From assembly GCF_009914755.1 (NCBI RefSeq), contig NC_060930.1: 64,000 nucleotides of DNA. One strand, given 5' to 3'. This DNA is from the human T2T-CHM13v2.0 reference genome, Homo sapiens. The notes under the pieces are model-generated. The model did not search any database. It was not told the origin of the DNA and saw only the letters and a list, made by a program, of their open reading frames with translations. The position numbers and the translations under genes were made by a program. Of the stretch, positions 17,662 to 30,097 are shown piece after piece; within the stretch, counting starts at the first letter, position 1; every line of letters begins with the position of its first letter.

Positions 17662-20044
17662 CCCTATCAGTAATTTTGCCGATCAACTAAAAAAAGTGAC
17701 ATACTGGAAATGAGAGATTAGTCGAATACATCATTGTTGTATCCTTATTTCATGTTTAATAGTTATTGCCTTAAACAATATATAAGGTTTTGGGTGCAGA
17801 AGCCACATCATATTATTTATTACTCGCAAATTTTCCAGGATGCTTAATATGTTGTAGACGTGTATATGACACAAATAATTAATTGATAGTGAGTCCCTTT
17901 CACAAATATCAGATGAGATATGTTCTTCACTTTGAATCTTATCATGTTAGTCCTAATCCAGAGTTATATGTTTATATACCAATGTATAAGTAATTTCCAA
18001 AGACTTGAGATAATCATTTTCAGAAATGTTAGTGATACATTCCCAGTTAACAAAAAGAGATATATTTTAGAATAGCTACCACATATGGAAGAAAGAAAAT
18101 GTAGTGCTGCATAAAAAGCTTACAAATTGTTTATGTAGTATTTACAGCAAAGAACAATTATAACACACCAGAAACCACTCGAGTTACTTTAAGGATTATG
18201 CATTATATTGTGAAATGTTTGTTACATAATTACAGAGCATTGGAATCTGCCTACAGCTTTATATTATATAGATGGCTTATGAAATAGTTATAACTGGTCC
18301 AAATCACACTAAACACATTTACATTATTTTAAGTTATACATTTTGATTATGCAGTTTTCACTAAAAAGAAATATACTATTTGTAATGTAAAAGAAAATGC
18401 TTACTCTCCAATAAACACCTTCAAATTGTTAGTGTTTTAAGTGGCTTCCGAAGTACTTTAAAGCGTGAATGAGCTTACTTGAGAGTAGTGGATTTAAGAC
18501 TTGCAATAGCCTTAGAATTCATTTTTTCTTAAATAGGTTTGCAAAAGTTATACATGCATATATTTTAAGGCATTGAAGTATAAGGTAACTTCAATAGCTT
18601 AGCCCCCATCCCAGTTACAATACATCTTTGAATTCGTTTTTCAAAGTCTATGTAAACATCACTCATGTAATCAGGTAAGAGAACAGCCATTTTGGCAGAA
18701 CCACTGGTTTAGACTGGAGTCCCATCTGCTCAACATTGTCCCAGCACTTCTCCAACTACAACAGCCATGGAGCTACTTTTGTGAAGCCCCTTAGACTCCA
18801 AGAAAACAATCTGGAGCCCTATATTTTGGATAATGTGCCATTTATGCATTCTATGATAACTATTTCACGGCCTTACTGGAGAGAACCCTGCCAAGAGAAA
18901 ACATTAGTTTGGAAGTACAAAGATGTTGATAGCAAACATTCACCAGTTTTTAATGATTGTATGGAAGTCCCTTGGTAATATGGAGGATGGTATCAAGTAG
19001 CAGGTCTTTTACTGCCATAGTTTCAAGATTCCATTTATTTTCATGATAAATTGGAAGCTTAATTCTTTTTCTAAAGTTCTATGTAATTTACCTTGGGAAG
19101 ATTCTTCACCAGAGAATAAAAGTTTCTAGTTTCTAGTTTACACCTGAATTTCTTCATCCTTAGCAACATAACATTTGCCACTTTACAAGCTGTGTATCAC
19201 ACTGTGGTCCTTAACATGTCTCATTCTGGCTTATTGATGAGACGTTGCCAAGAGCAATGCATTCTTTTATCACCAGGGAGTTATCATTCTACTAGTCTTA
19301 TGATGCCTGCAGCTTAGAGTTTGATGTGCCTAAATTGTTAAAAATAGGTGTGAAATTGGACTAAACATGTTGAGAGAACTGTCATGACTAACAAAGTTAT
19401 TTTCATTAGTTTTATTTTTCAGAAATATAAATAAAAATTACACAGTCTGGATGTAACCAACCATACTTAAATTATCATCATTGCTTACTTCCCACTTAAC
19501 AAAAAATCAAGGTGCTACCTGTAATGCAACTATAATAATTTTCTTATTCATTAAAGTCTGGATAACTGTAAATAAACTATTATATAACCATTCAAACATC
19601 AGTATTTTCTGTTCCAAGTTTAATATTCACAAAACTTCATATAAACTTAGGAACTTGAAAATGATATTTTAGAAGTTAGCAAAGAAGATTTTCAGTGACA
19701 ATTTCAGGTGTTAGGAGGAGAGAATATAAATACATAAAATTAAAGGTGTTTGGAAAAAGAAAACTCACTTGGAAACATGAATTATCTTAGCCACAAAAAG
19801 ATCATGGGCTTAAATGTTAAGTCAAATGTAGGATTTTCTGGGACAAACAAAAGGAGGCCTAGAAAAAGAAACCTAGCTTGCAGAATATTGGCAATATTGA
19901 GGCAATAATAACCACAAGTACTTTGGCATGAAATAGGCCTTTACGAGTTTTTGTTCATTATTAAGTCATTCAGTAAAAAGGTTATGAGAACTTGCATCAA
20001 TTGTAAAGGCTACTTTTAAAGATAAATGTGGGAGTTGGATTCAT

Positions 20045-20132
20045 TCATACTCCAAACCTCGGCATCATATAATATGCCTTGGTAATGAACCTGCACATGT
20101 ACACTCCTCCCCCGATTCTAAAATAAAAATTT
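20045..20132 (+). mobile_element. Short 3' end of an old L1 (L1PB/L1PA16-like)
   Basis: ccaaacctcggcatcat...aacctgcacatgtac...ctaaaataaaa. Confidence 0.55.
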
Positions 20133-20719
20133 TTTAAATATTATTTTAAAAATAATAAAGGTATTCAAAGGAGAAAGAGAAGAAAGAGAATGTCAAGAGA
20201 GTGCTTCCCTTCCAAGCAGTGAACAGTATAATAAAAGACTCAAGAACATAAGGAAAGCTGGAAATTAGTTAGGAAGCTTAACTAATACCCCCACTTATAA
20301 TACCACACCTAATATCAATTGTGAACCCTTCAATGTGGCTGAAGAATAGATTTTCCAGAGGGAAGTGATGAGAAATGACAGGCTTTTCTTGATGCTTGGT
20401 TTAGGTTTTGTCTTGAAGGCTATAGAAAGCTGTTGAGAAATGATACACAGGGATGTTATATATCAGTTTTAATATTGGCAAGATCATTAGGATTAAAATG
20501 AACAAGTAAGGGGATGATGAAGAATACAGGAGTATTCTGTATTGTGTGGTAAATAGTCAAGATGTGGTGCAGATATGAATGGCAATTAGAGTTAGAATTC
20601 AAGACATGTAGGATAGCAAAATTTGCAGATACTGTGTTCCTACCAGATAGGGAAAGTAAGAGACCTAGAGAGATATAGGATTATTTTCACACTTGTTGCT
20701 TGGCAAATACTAATACCTA

Positions 20720-20950
20720 TGATATAGAGAGTGCTTTCTCTTTACCAGGCATAGTACTAAGGGGTTATATAAATTAACTCATATAATCCTCCCAACAAAT
20801 TTATGAAGCAGATATTTTCATTATCACTATTTTGTAATAAAGAAAATTGAATAACAGAGAGGTTACATAACTTCTTCATAGATAATAAGTGGCAGCAATG
20901 GGTTTTAGACCCATTAGATTTAAATTCAGAACCTACTTTTTAAACCATAT
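20720..20950. mobile_element. MIR SINE
   Basis: ccaggcatagtactaag...taatcctcccaacaa...gaaaattgaataacagagaggttacataactt. Confidence 0.6.
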
Positions 20951-21199
20951 TGCACCCCATGATAGGATGAGTATACCTCATTTGTCATGACAGGAAATAA
21001 AAGAGAAATACCTCAAAGTAAAAGAATGAATTTATATCCAGAATTAGCTGACAGTGAGCATTCTAATAAGAATTTGGATGTATAGGTCTGCAACCCATTG
21101 GTGAGCAAAAAATAAAAAATGATAGTTAAGCTAACAAAATAATAATCTAATTTACTTTCTAGATTGTGTAGCCACTTTCTTTTATCCATCTATGATTAC

Positions 21200-22170
21200 A
21201 TTTATTTATTCATGTACTCAATCATTTAACAGGTGAGCACTGAATATCTGCCACATGTCAGGCACTCTCCTTGGTTTTGTAGATACACTGGTGAGAAGAC
21301 AAAATAAAATTTCAGTTATTGATGAACTTAAATTCCAACTGGTAGGTTAAAATACATAAATAAGTGTACTAAATAAATCTATATATTTTTCAGTCTTATA
21401 AAAAATGGAACAAACAGGTGTGATAGTGACTACTTGGACTAGGTAAGGACTAGACATTGATTGGTCAGAAAAGATCTCATTAAGTATGTAATATCTGAGA
21501 TAGTACGTGAACAACAAGGGAGAGTAAGCCATGAAGAGATTCTGGAAAAAGGGAACCTTTGGAATAAAGACTTCCTGATTGGCCAGAATGAGTGAAGGAG
21601 AGAATAGTTTTGTAGAGCCTTATAGACAATGCTGCTAATATGTACTGATTCAGCAATACATATTATGACCAATATGTCTTCTGTCGGGTGAATGCTTATT
21701 CTACACCTGTTGTTACATGTTTCATATCCCCCTGAATGTAGATGTGATAATTAGAGATTTTCCTCTAAGTTAAACAGAAAACCACAGCAGTGCAGGACAT
21801 CATTTGAGATACACTTACAAAGAGCTCTCCAGCTAATATTCTATTAATTAGATTGGAGGGATGCACATATTAGATAATCAGTTAGGTGATTATTGGAATA
21901 GTACAGGTAGAAAGTAATGGGGATTGGCAAGAGTGGTAGCAGTACAGATGAAAGTATGCGTATGGAGTTTAACAAATTCTGTAACTCTCAGTCAATTCTA
22001 TTTGTTCATTGGTTGTAGGTTAAAGGGAAAGGAGAAATTAAAGATGACTATTTGTCTTGAGGAAATTATATTTCCATTTACCAAAAGGAGAAAGACTGAA
22101 AGAAAAACAGCAAGCACACACAAAAAAACACACACAAAACAAAACAAAAAAACCTCAGAAGAGTTGTATT
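21200..22170 (-). mobile_element. Fragmented L2 LINE
   Basis: cattt/tcattc-type tail then tgaatatctgccacatgtcaggcact, typical of L2 3' ends; highly diverged. Confidence 0.45.
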
Positions 22171-22177
22171 TGAGCAT

Positions 22178-22565
22178 TGACATGGTTTGGCTCTGTGTCC
22201 CCACCCAAATCTAATCCGGAATTTTAATCCCCACGTGTCAAGGGAGAGACTTGTAATCCCCCCGTGTCGAGGGAGGGAGGTGATTAGATTATGGGGGTGG
22301 GTTTCCCCATGCTGTTCTCATGATATTGAGTGAGTTCTTACAACATCTGATGGTTTTATAAACTTCTGGCATTTTTCCTGCTTGTACTTCTGTCTCCTGC
22401 CACCTTGTGAAGAAAGTGCCTGTTTCCCCTTCACCTTCTGCCATGATTGTATGTTTCCTGAGGCCTCCCCAGCCATGTGGAACTGTGAGTCATTAAACCC
22501 CTTTCCTTTATAAATTACCCAGTCTCTGGTATTTCTTTATTGCAGTGTGAGAATGAACTAATACG
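22178..22565 (+). mobile_element. THE1D-like MaLR solo LTR
   Basis: tgacatggtttggctctgtgtccccacccaaat...gaactaatacg; TSD agcat/aacat. Confidence 0.85.
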
Positions 22566-25500
22566 AACATACTATGTTTGAGATACTTATTATTTTTTAA
22601 AAGTGGAAATATGAAATAGGCATTTGGATGGATGAATTTGGAATCCTGTAAAAAATTTGAAATCAGGGCTAAATAAATTTAGGGTTGTCTTGGATTGGAT
22701 TCCCCAGAAGCAGGCTCTGGAATGAGAATTTATATGCTAGTAATTCATTAGACAAGTGCTCCCAGAAGAAACCAGTAAGAAGGTGGAAAAGAGAATAAGG
22801 CCAAGAAATCCCACTGGGAACTCTGAGGAAAAACTTTCAGTGCTATTCGGAAGAGTTGTCCTTTGTTCATTCTTAACTAATATCTCCCCCTGTGCTTATG
22901 ATCTCTTTCCCTACCATCATCTCAGGGATTTCATTCTTTGTGTTATTTTCTCTTTGTTCTCTGCCTCTAACCTTTTCTTATATACTGTTTTTTTTTCCTC
23001 ATTGGCACTTTCAGGTACTATACTAAGGCCAAATCCAGTTCAGGAATAAAACAATCTACTAAAATAAAACCAGAAATATCTCTCACTCTCTCCAAAAGCA
23101 ACTTCCCCCTCTACCTGCTGCCCTATCTCCTTCCCTTTACAGACTAATTTCTTGTTTGTGTTGTCTAAACTTGTGGCATCTACTTTACCTCCCTCTCGCT
23201 AGTCAAATTACTTTTATTTGGCACACAAAACTTCACTTAAACTGCTTTTCTCAAGGCCAACAATGATATATTTGTCCCTAAATTAAATGGATACTTTTCA
23301 GATGTCATGCTTCTTGATCTCTGGGTAGAATTTCAAACTTTTAACAATTTCTTGCTTTATAAAGCTTTCTTTTTCTTAGCTTCTGTAGCATGCAACATTC
23401 TAGTTGATAAGAATTCATACTCTGTGATTTCCTTGTAATGCACAAATATCTCTCATTCCCTTTCAGCCTGACTGCATGCATCCCTTTCTTCAAATGTTAC
23501 CTAAATGTTGCTGGCACCAAGATTGTGCTCTCTTCTTATTCATTTACATTCACCAATTGGGTACTCTCAGTCATTCCTAGAAATGTAATTAGCATATACT
23601 TATATATGAATCCCAAATTGAATTCAATAGAAACTCAAAGATCCAGACTCATATTGTTCACTAGATATAATTATTTGAATCTCTCATAGGTCCTTCAAAA
23701 TCATATTCTTTACTTCTAGTGCTAATCAAGATGGAGTAGGCCCACTACAGCCTATGCCCTTCACTAATTACAACTGTCAACTGAGCACAATATGAAAAAC
23801 AGCTAACAGAAGACATAAAAATAAGCAATAACAGGAAAATTGGCAAGAGAAGTCAAAAGTTGAAAAACAAAAATCACTGTCAACTTTCCTGTTTATTTTT
23901 TTTCTTTAATTTCCAGCTTTGACTTGAGATTAATCTCTTTGCCAGCTACACTACCCCAATAAAAATAATAGTGTGGGTATGTGAAATCCAGAGAGAAAAA
24001 TCAACCCCTCTGGCCAGAGAAATCAAGAAAATTGTCTCCTGAGAACCAGCTTATATGTGTTGGAAACTCTTTTTTTCACTCTTTTTAATTACTATGTTGT
24101 CTATAGGGCAGCCCAGTTGCACACAGATGTACAAGTGCACAGGAACTAAAACTCTGAAATAAATCTTTCCTTCTAACTAGATTAACTAAGAAAAGGACAT
24201 TCTGGGATATGGAAAATGTAGAGAAAAATAAAAAAGAAAAAGTGGAGGAAGCTAAAGAATTTTATTCACTAATTCTGTGTGCACAAAAACTCAAGTCCTG
24301 GACTCATGGGTATACCAAGTCTTCAGCCGCACATGCATGGGCTAGATCTAAACAAACACAGCACAAGCTGTTATATAAACCACTGACCATGCCTAGATTA
24401 ACCTTAGGGTGGTATATGCATAGTACAGATCTAAAAAACATATCACTGAGTGTGAAAACTGAACTTGACATTATAACCACAGCACACAGATGGTGAGATC
24501 AGAGTTGGATCCTAAATCTAACTGGGTTTACAGACAGCAAACACACACACATACACACATTAACATTCTTTGCGAGTTTTAATAGGACCTAGAGCTCCAC
24601 AACATGATATGAAATATCTAGAACATAATCCAAAAGAAGGGGGAGAATCTCACCAATTTGAAGGGGAAAAACATAAACAGATGCCAAAACCAGAAATTAT
24701 CAAAGACTTAAAAAGCAGTCATTATAATCATTCTGTATGAGATAAAGATGGATTCCTGAAATTTTTGGAAATAAATATGTTTTGCTGAGTGGTGTGTGTG
24801 TCTGTGTGTGTGTGTGTGAAAGAGAGAAAGAGAGACAAAAAAGTAAACAAATAGGGACTAAAGGACTGAAAAGTTTAGATCTAAAAGAAAAATTCACTGG
24901 GTTCAATTAAGTGGGAGAGATAACAGTAAATAATCAATGAATTTAAAGCTAGATCAATAGAAATCAGTCACTTTGAAGAGCAGAAACAACAAAGATTTTT
25001 TAGAAAACATGAGCAGAGACTCAGTGAAAAGTGGGTCAATATCAAAAGTTCTAACATTGAATTACTGAGGAAAGTAAAATAAAAAGAGACTGATACAGAA
25101 AAAATATTTTACAAAACAATGGTGCCAAACACCCCAAATTTGTTGAAAGACAAACATACAGATTCAAAGCTCATCTGATACTCAAAGGGATAAACTCAAG
25201 GAAAATCATGCTCAGAGTCATCAAAATAGAGCTGCTAAAAACCAAACATAAAGAATAAACCTTGAAAGCAACCAGAGAAAATGACACACTGCATATCAGA
25301 GAGCTGCACTTTCATTTAGATTACTTACCAGGAAAAAATGAAGGAGGACAGAAGACAGAGAGAGAATATACCATTCTTAAGTGGTATTAGTATTGAAACA
25401 ACAACAAAAATGTCAACACAAAGTTCTATATTCATTTAAAATATCTTTCAGGAAAAACAAATTTGAAATTTTCAGATGAAGAAAAATTAAGAAAATCTGT

Positions 25501-25689
25501 TGCCAACAGACCTGATATAAAAGAAATGCTAAATAAAGTTCTTCAAATGTAAGGGAAATTTTAACAGAAGAAAACCTGGAATGTAAGGAATGAAGAAAGA
25601 GTAACCAAAATGGTATGCTTCTGGGTAATTAGAATAGACTTTCTCCTCTTGAGTCCTTCAAAATATGAAAGACAAAGCAAAAAGTATAT

Positions 25690-26150
25690 GGTGTTGAACC
25701 TTGAACAACATGGGTTTCAACTGCATGGGTCCACTTATATCCAGATTTTTTTCAATAAAAGTTACAAAGAATATGTCTGCCTCTCCTGTCCCCCCTTCCA
25801 CCTCCGCCACCTTTTCCCTCCACTGCCACCTGAGACAGCAAGACAACCCCTTCTGTTTCTCCTCCTCCTCAGCTTACTCAAATAAAGACTGTGAGGATAA
25901 AGACCTTTATGATGATCCACTCCCACTTAACAAATAGTAAATATATTTTTCTCTCATTACTTTTCTAATTAGGATTTTATTTTCTGTAGCTTACTGTATT
26001 GTAAGAATACAGTAAATAAAACATATAGCACACAAAATATGAGCTAATTGACAGTTTATGTTATCTGTAAGGCTTCCAGTCGACATAAGGCTATTAGTAG
26101 TTCAGATCTTGAGGAGTTAAAACTTACACATGGGTTTTCAACTGCAGGGG
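25690..26150 (+). mobile_element. Tigger2-derived non-autonomous DNA transposon (Tigger2a/MER28-like)
   Basis: gttgaaccttgaacaacatgggtttcaactgcatgggtccacttata matches the Tigger2 terminus. Confidence 0.7.
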
Positions 26151-26174
26151 TGATGTTTTCAATGTATATAGGTC

Positions 26175-26606
26175 TAAAATGTATATATTTTTAGTATTTA
26201 TACTAAATGTATATATTTTTAGTATATATACTAAATATATACTAAATGTATATATTTTTAGTATATATACTAAATATATACTAAATGTATATATTTTTAG
26301 TATATATACTAAATATATACTAAATGTATATATTTTTAGTATATATACTAAATATATACTAAATGTATATATTTTTAGTATATATACTAAATATATACTA
26401 AATGTATATATTTTTAGTATATATACTAAATATATACTAAATGTATATATTTTTAGTATATATACTAAATATATACTAAATGTATATATTTTTAGTATAT
26501 ATACTAAATATATACTAAATGTATATATTTTTAGTATATTTTGTTTAGTATATTTAGTATATACTAAATACATACTAAATGTATATATTTTTAGTATATA
26601 TACTAA
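26175..26606. repeat. 39-bp AT-rich minisatellite
   Basis: Unit actaaatgtatatatttttagtatatatactaaatatat; 8 perfect copies at 26202-26513 plus degenerate flanks. Confidence 0.95.
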
Positions 26607-27090
26607 AAATAATAGAAAGAGAAATAGACAAAACGCAAGTAGATAAGTTAAAATAAAATTCTAAAAACCATTCAAAAAATAATAGGAAATTGTGAAAGAA
26701 GGAACAAAAAGAGAGAAGACAATTAAAACAAATAATTAAATGGTGGATAAAAAATATAACCACATTGATAACTACATTAAAATTAAATGGTCTAAGTGCA
26801 CTCATTAGAAGACAAAAAAAAGTTAGACTGTGTAAAATAAGAAGAGCCAATGACATATTATCTTAAAAAAACTTTAAATATACTACAGAAAAATCAAAGA
26901 TAAAAATCTACACAAGAAGAACAAAGCTGGAAGCATCACGCTACCTGACTTCAAACTGTACTACAAGGCTACAGTAACAAAAACAGCATGGTACTGGTAC
27001 CAAAACAGATATATAAACCAATGGAACAGAACAGAGGCATCAGAAATACTGCCACACATCTACAACCATCTGATCTTTGACAAACATGAC

Positions 27091-27543
27091 TGTCAGGCCT
27101 CTGAGCCCAAGCTAAGCCATCGCATCTCCTGTGACTTGCATATATATGCCCAGATGGCCTGAAGTAACTGAAGAATCACAAAAGAAGTGAATATGCCCTG
27201 CCCCACCTTAACTGATGAGATTCCACCACAAAAGAAGTGTAAATGGCCGGTCCTTGCCTTAACTGATGACATTACCTTGTGAAAGTCCTTTTCCTGGCTC
27301 ATCCTGGCTCAAAAAGCACCCCCACTGAGCATCTTGCGACCCCCACTCCTGCCCGCCAGAGAACAAACCCCCTTTGACTGTAATTTTCCTTTACCTACCC
27401 AAATCCTATAAAATGGCCCCACTCTTATCTCCCTTCCCTGACTCTCTTTTCAGACTCAGCCCGCCTGCACCCAGGTGAAATAAACAGCCATGTTGCTCAC
27501 ACAAAGCCTGTTTGGTGGTCTCTTCACACGGATGCACATGAAA
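27091..27543 (+). promoter_or_regulatory. 5' LTR7
   Basis: tgtcaggcctctgagccc...catgaaa; TATA tataaaa at 27407-27413; AATAAA at 27479-27484. Confidence 0.95.
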
Positions 27544-27545
27544 TT

Positions 27546-27563
27546 TGGTGCCGTGACTCGGAT
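27546..27563 (+). other. Primer binding site for tRNA-His
   Basis: tggtgccgtgactcggat, just after the 5' LTR. Confidence 0.93.
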
Positions 27564-29303
27564 CGGGGGACCTCCCTTGGGAGATCAATCCCCCGTCCTC
27601 CTGCTCTTTGCTCCGTGAGAAAGATCCACCTACGACCTCAGGTCCTCAGACCGACCAGCCCAATGAACATCTCACCAATTTTAAATCAGGTAAGCAGCCT
27701 CTTCTTACTCTCTTCTCCAACCTCTCACTGTCCCTCAACCACTTTCTCCTTTCCACTCTTCAATCTCTCCCTTCTCTTAATTTCAATTCCTTTCATTTTC
27801 TGGGAGAGACAAAGGAGACACATTTTATCCGTGGACCCAAAACTCCGGCGCTGGTCACAGACTGGGAAGGCAGCCTTCCCTTGGTGTTTAATCATTGCAG
27901 GGACACCTCTCTGATTATTCACCCATGTTTCAAAGGTGTCAGACCATGCAGTGATGCCTACCTTGGTCCTTCACCCTCAGCAGCAAGTCCCGCTTTTCTG
28001 GGGAAGGGGCAAGTACCCCAACCTCTTCTCTCCTTTTCTCTACCCCTTCTCTGCTTTCCTGGGGCAGGGGCAAGTACCCCCCAACCCTTTTCTCCTTCAC
28101 CCTTAGCGGCAAGTCCTGCTTTCCTGGGGCAGGGGCAAGTACCCCTCAACCCCTTCTCTTTCACCCTTAGTGGCAAGTCCCGCTTTTCTAGGGGGAAAGA
28201 ACCCCCAGTCCCTTATTTCTGCACCCCAACCTCGTATCTCTGTGCCCCAATCCCTTATTTCCATGCCCCGACCCCTTATTTCCGTGCCCCAACCCCTTAT
28301 TTCTGTGCCCTATCCCTTATTTCCATGCCCCAACCTCTTATCTCTGCACCCCAACCCCTTTTCCCACTTTTCTGGAAGGTAAGAACCCCCGAACCCCTTC
28401 CCTCCATTTCTCTACTCTCTCTTTTCTCTAGGCTTGCTTCCTTCACTATAGGCAACCTTCCACCCTCCATTCTTCCCTCTACTCCCTTGGCCTGTGTTCT
28501 CAAAAACCTAAAACCACTTCAACTCACATCTGACCTAAAACCTAAATGCCTTATTTTCTTCTGCAATGCCGCTTGACCCCAATACAAACTTGACAGTAGT
28601 TCCAAATAGCCAGAAAATGGCACTTTGAAGTTTTCCATCCTGCAAGATCTAAATAATTCTTGTCGTAAAATAGGCAAATGGTCTGAGGTGCCTGATATCC
28701 AGGCATTCTTTTACACATCAGTCCCTTCCTAGTCTCTGTGCCCAGTGCAACTCGTCCCAAATCTTCCTTCTTTCCCTCCCGCCTGTCCCCTCAGTCCCAA
28801 CCCCAAGCATCACTCAGTCTTTCTAATCTTCCTTTTCTACAGACCCATCTGACCTCTCCCCTCCTTGCCAGGCCAAGCTAGGTCCCAATTCTTCCTCAGC
28901 CTCCGCTTCTCCACCCTATAATCTTTTTATCGCCTCCCCTCCTCACACCTGGTCTAGCTTACAGTTTCGTTCTGTGACTAGCCCTCCCCCACCTGCCCAG
29001 CAATTTACTCTTAAAAAGGTGGCTGGAGCCAAAGGCATAGTCAAGGTTAATGCTCCTTTTTCTTTATCCCAAATCAGATAGCGTTTAGGCTCTTTTTCAT
29101 CAAATATAAAAATCCAGCCCAGTTCATGGCTCGTTTGGCAGCAACCCTGAGAGGCTTTACAGCCCTAGACCCTAAAAGGTCAAAAGGCCGTCTTATTCTC
29201 AATATACATTTTATTACCCAATCTGCTCCCGACATTAAATAAAACTCCAAAAATTGGAATCTGGCCCTCAAACCGCACAACAGGACTTAACCTCACCTTC
29301 AAG

Positions 29304-29540
29304 GTGTACAATAACAGAAAAAAGTTGCAATTCCTTGCCTCCACTGTGAGACAAACCCCAGCCACATCTCCAGCACACAAGAACTTCCAAACGCCTGAAC
29401 CGCAGCAGCCAGGCGTTCCTCCAGAACCTCCTCCCCCAGGAGCTTGCTACACATGCCGGAAATCTGGCCACTGGGCCAAGGAATGCCCGCAGCCCGGGAT
29501 TCCTCCTAAGCCGCATCCCATCTGTGTGGGACCCCACTGA
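29304..29540 (+). pseudogene. gag: HERV-H gag C-terminal remnant with CCHC zinc knuckle
   Basis: CYTCRKSGHWAKECP in the ORF track. Confidence 0.85.
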
Positions 29541-29719
29541 AAATCGGGCTGTTCAACTCACCTGGCAGACACTCCAGAGCCCCTGGAACTCTGGCCCAAG
29601 GCTCTCTGACTGACTCCTTCCCAGATCTACTCGGCTTAGCAGCTTAAGACTGACACTGCCCGATCGCCTCAGAAGCCCCCTAGACCATCACGGACGCCGA
29701 GCTTCAGGTAACTCTCACA

Positions 29720-29944
29720 GTGGACGGTAAGCCCGTCCCCTTCTTAATCAATACGGAGGCTACCCACTCCACATTACCTTCTTTTCAAGGGCCTGTTTCC
29801 CTTGCCTCCATAACTGTTGTGGGTATTGACGGCCAGGCTTCTAAACCTCTTAAAACTCCCCAACTCTGGTGCCAACTTAGACAATACTCTTTTAAGCACT
29901 CCTTTTTAGTTATCCCCACCTGCCCAGTTCCCTTATTAGGCTGA
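29720..29944 (+). pseudogene. pro: HERV-H protease remnant
   Basis: FLINTEATHS (degenerate DTGA active site), VVGIDGQ flap, CPVPLLG. Confidence 0.8.
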
Positions 29945-30097
29945 GACACTTTAACTAAATTATCTGCTTCCCTGACTATTCCTGGACTACAGCTATATCT
30001 CATTGCCGCCCTTCTTCCCAATCCAAAGCCTCCTTTGCGTCCTCCTCTTGTATCCCCCCACCTTAACCCACAAGTATAAGTTACCTCTACTCCCTCC

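Noticed and set aside
26202-26513. Regularly spaced palindromic repeats resembling a CRISPR array
   Set aside because: Units are head-to-tail identical with no unique spacers; eukaryotic context; no cas genes
26124-26646. 149-aa and 155-aa ORFs with 13-aa repeats on both strands
   Set aside because: Translation of the 39-bp minisatellite (39 is a multiple of 3); no coding evidence
27608-28576. 322-aa Pro/Leu/Ser-rich ORF
   Set aside because: HERV-H pre-gag leader with C-rich internal repeats, non-ATG start and no recognisable domain
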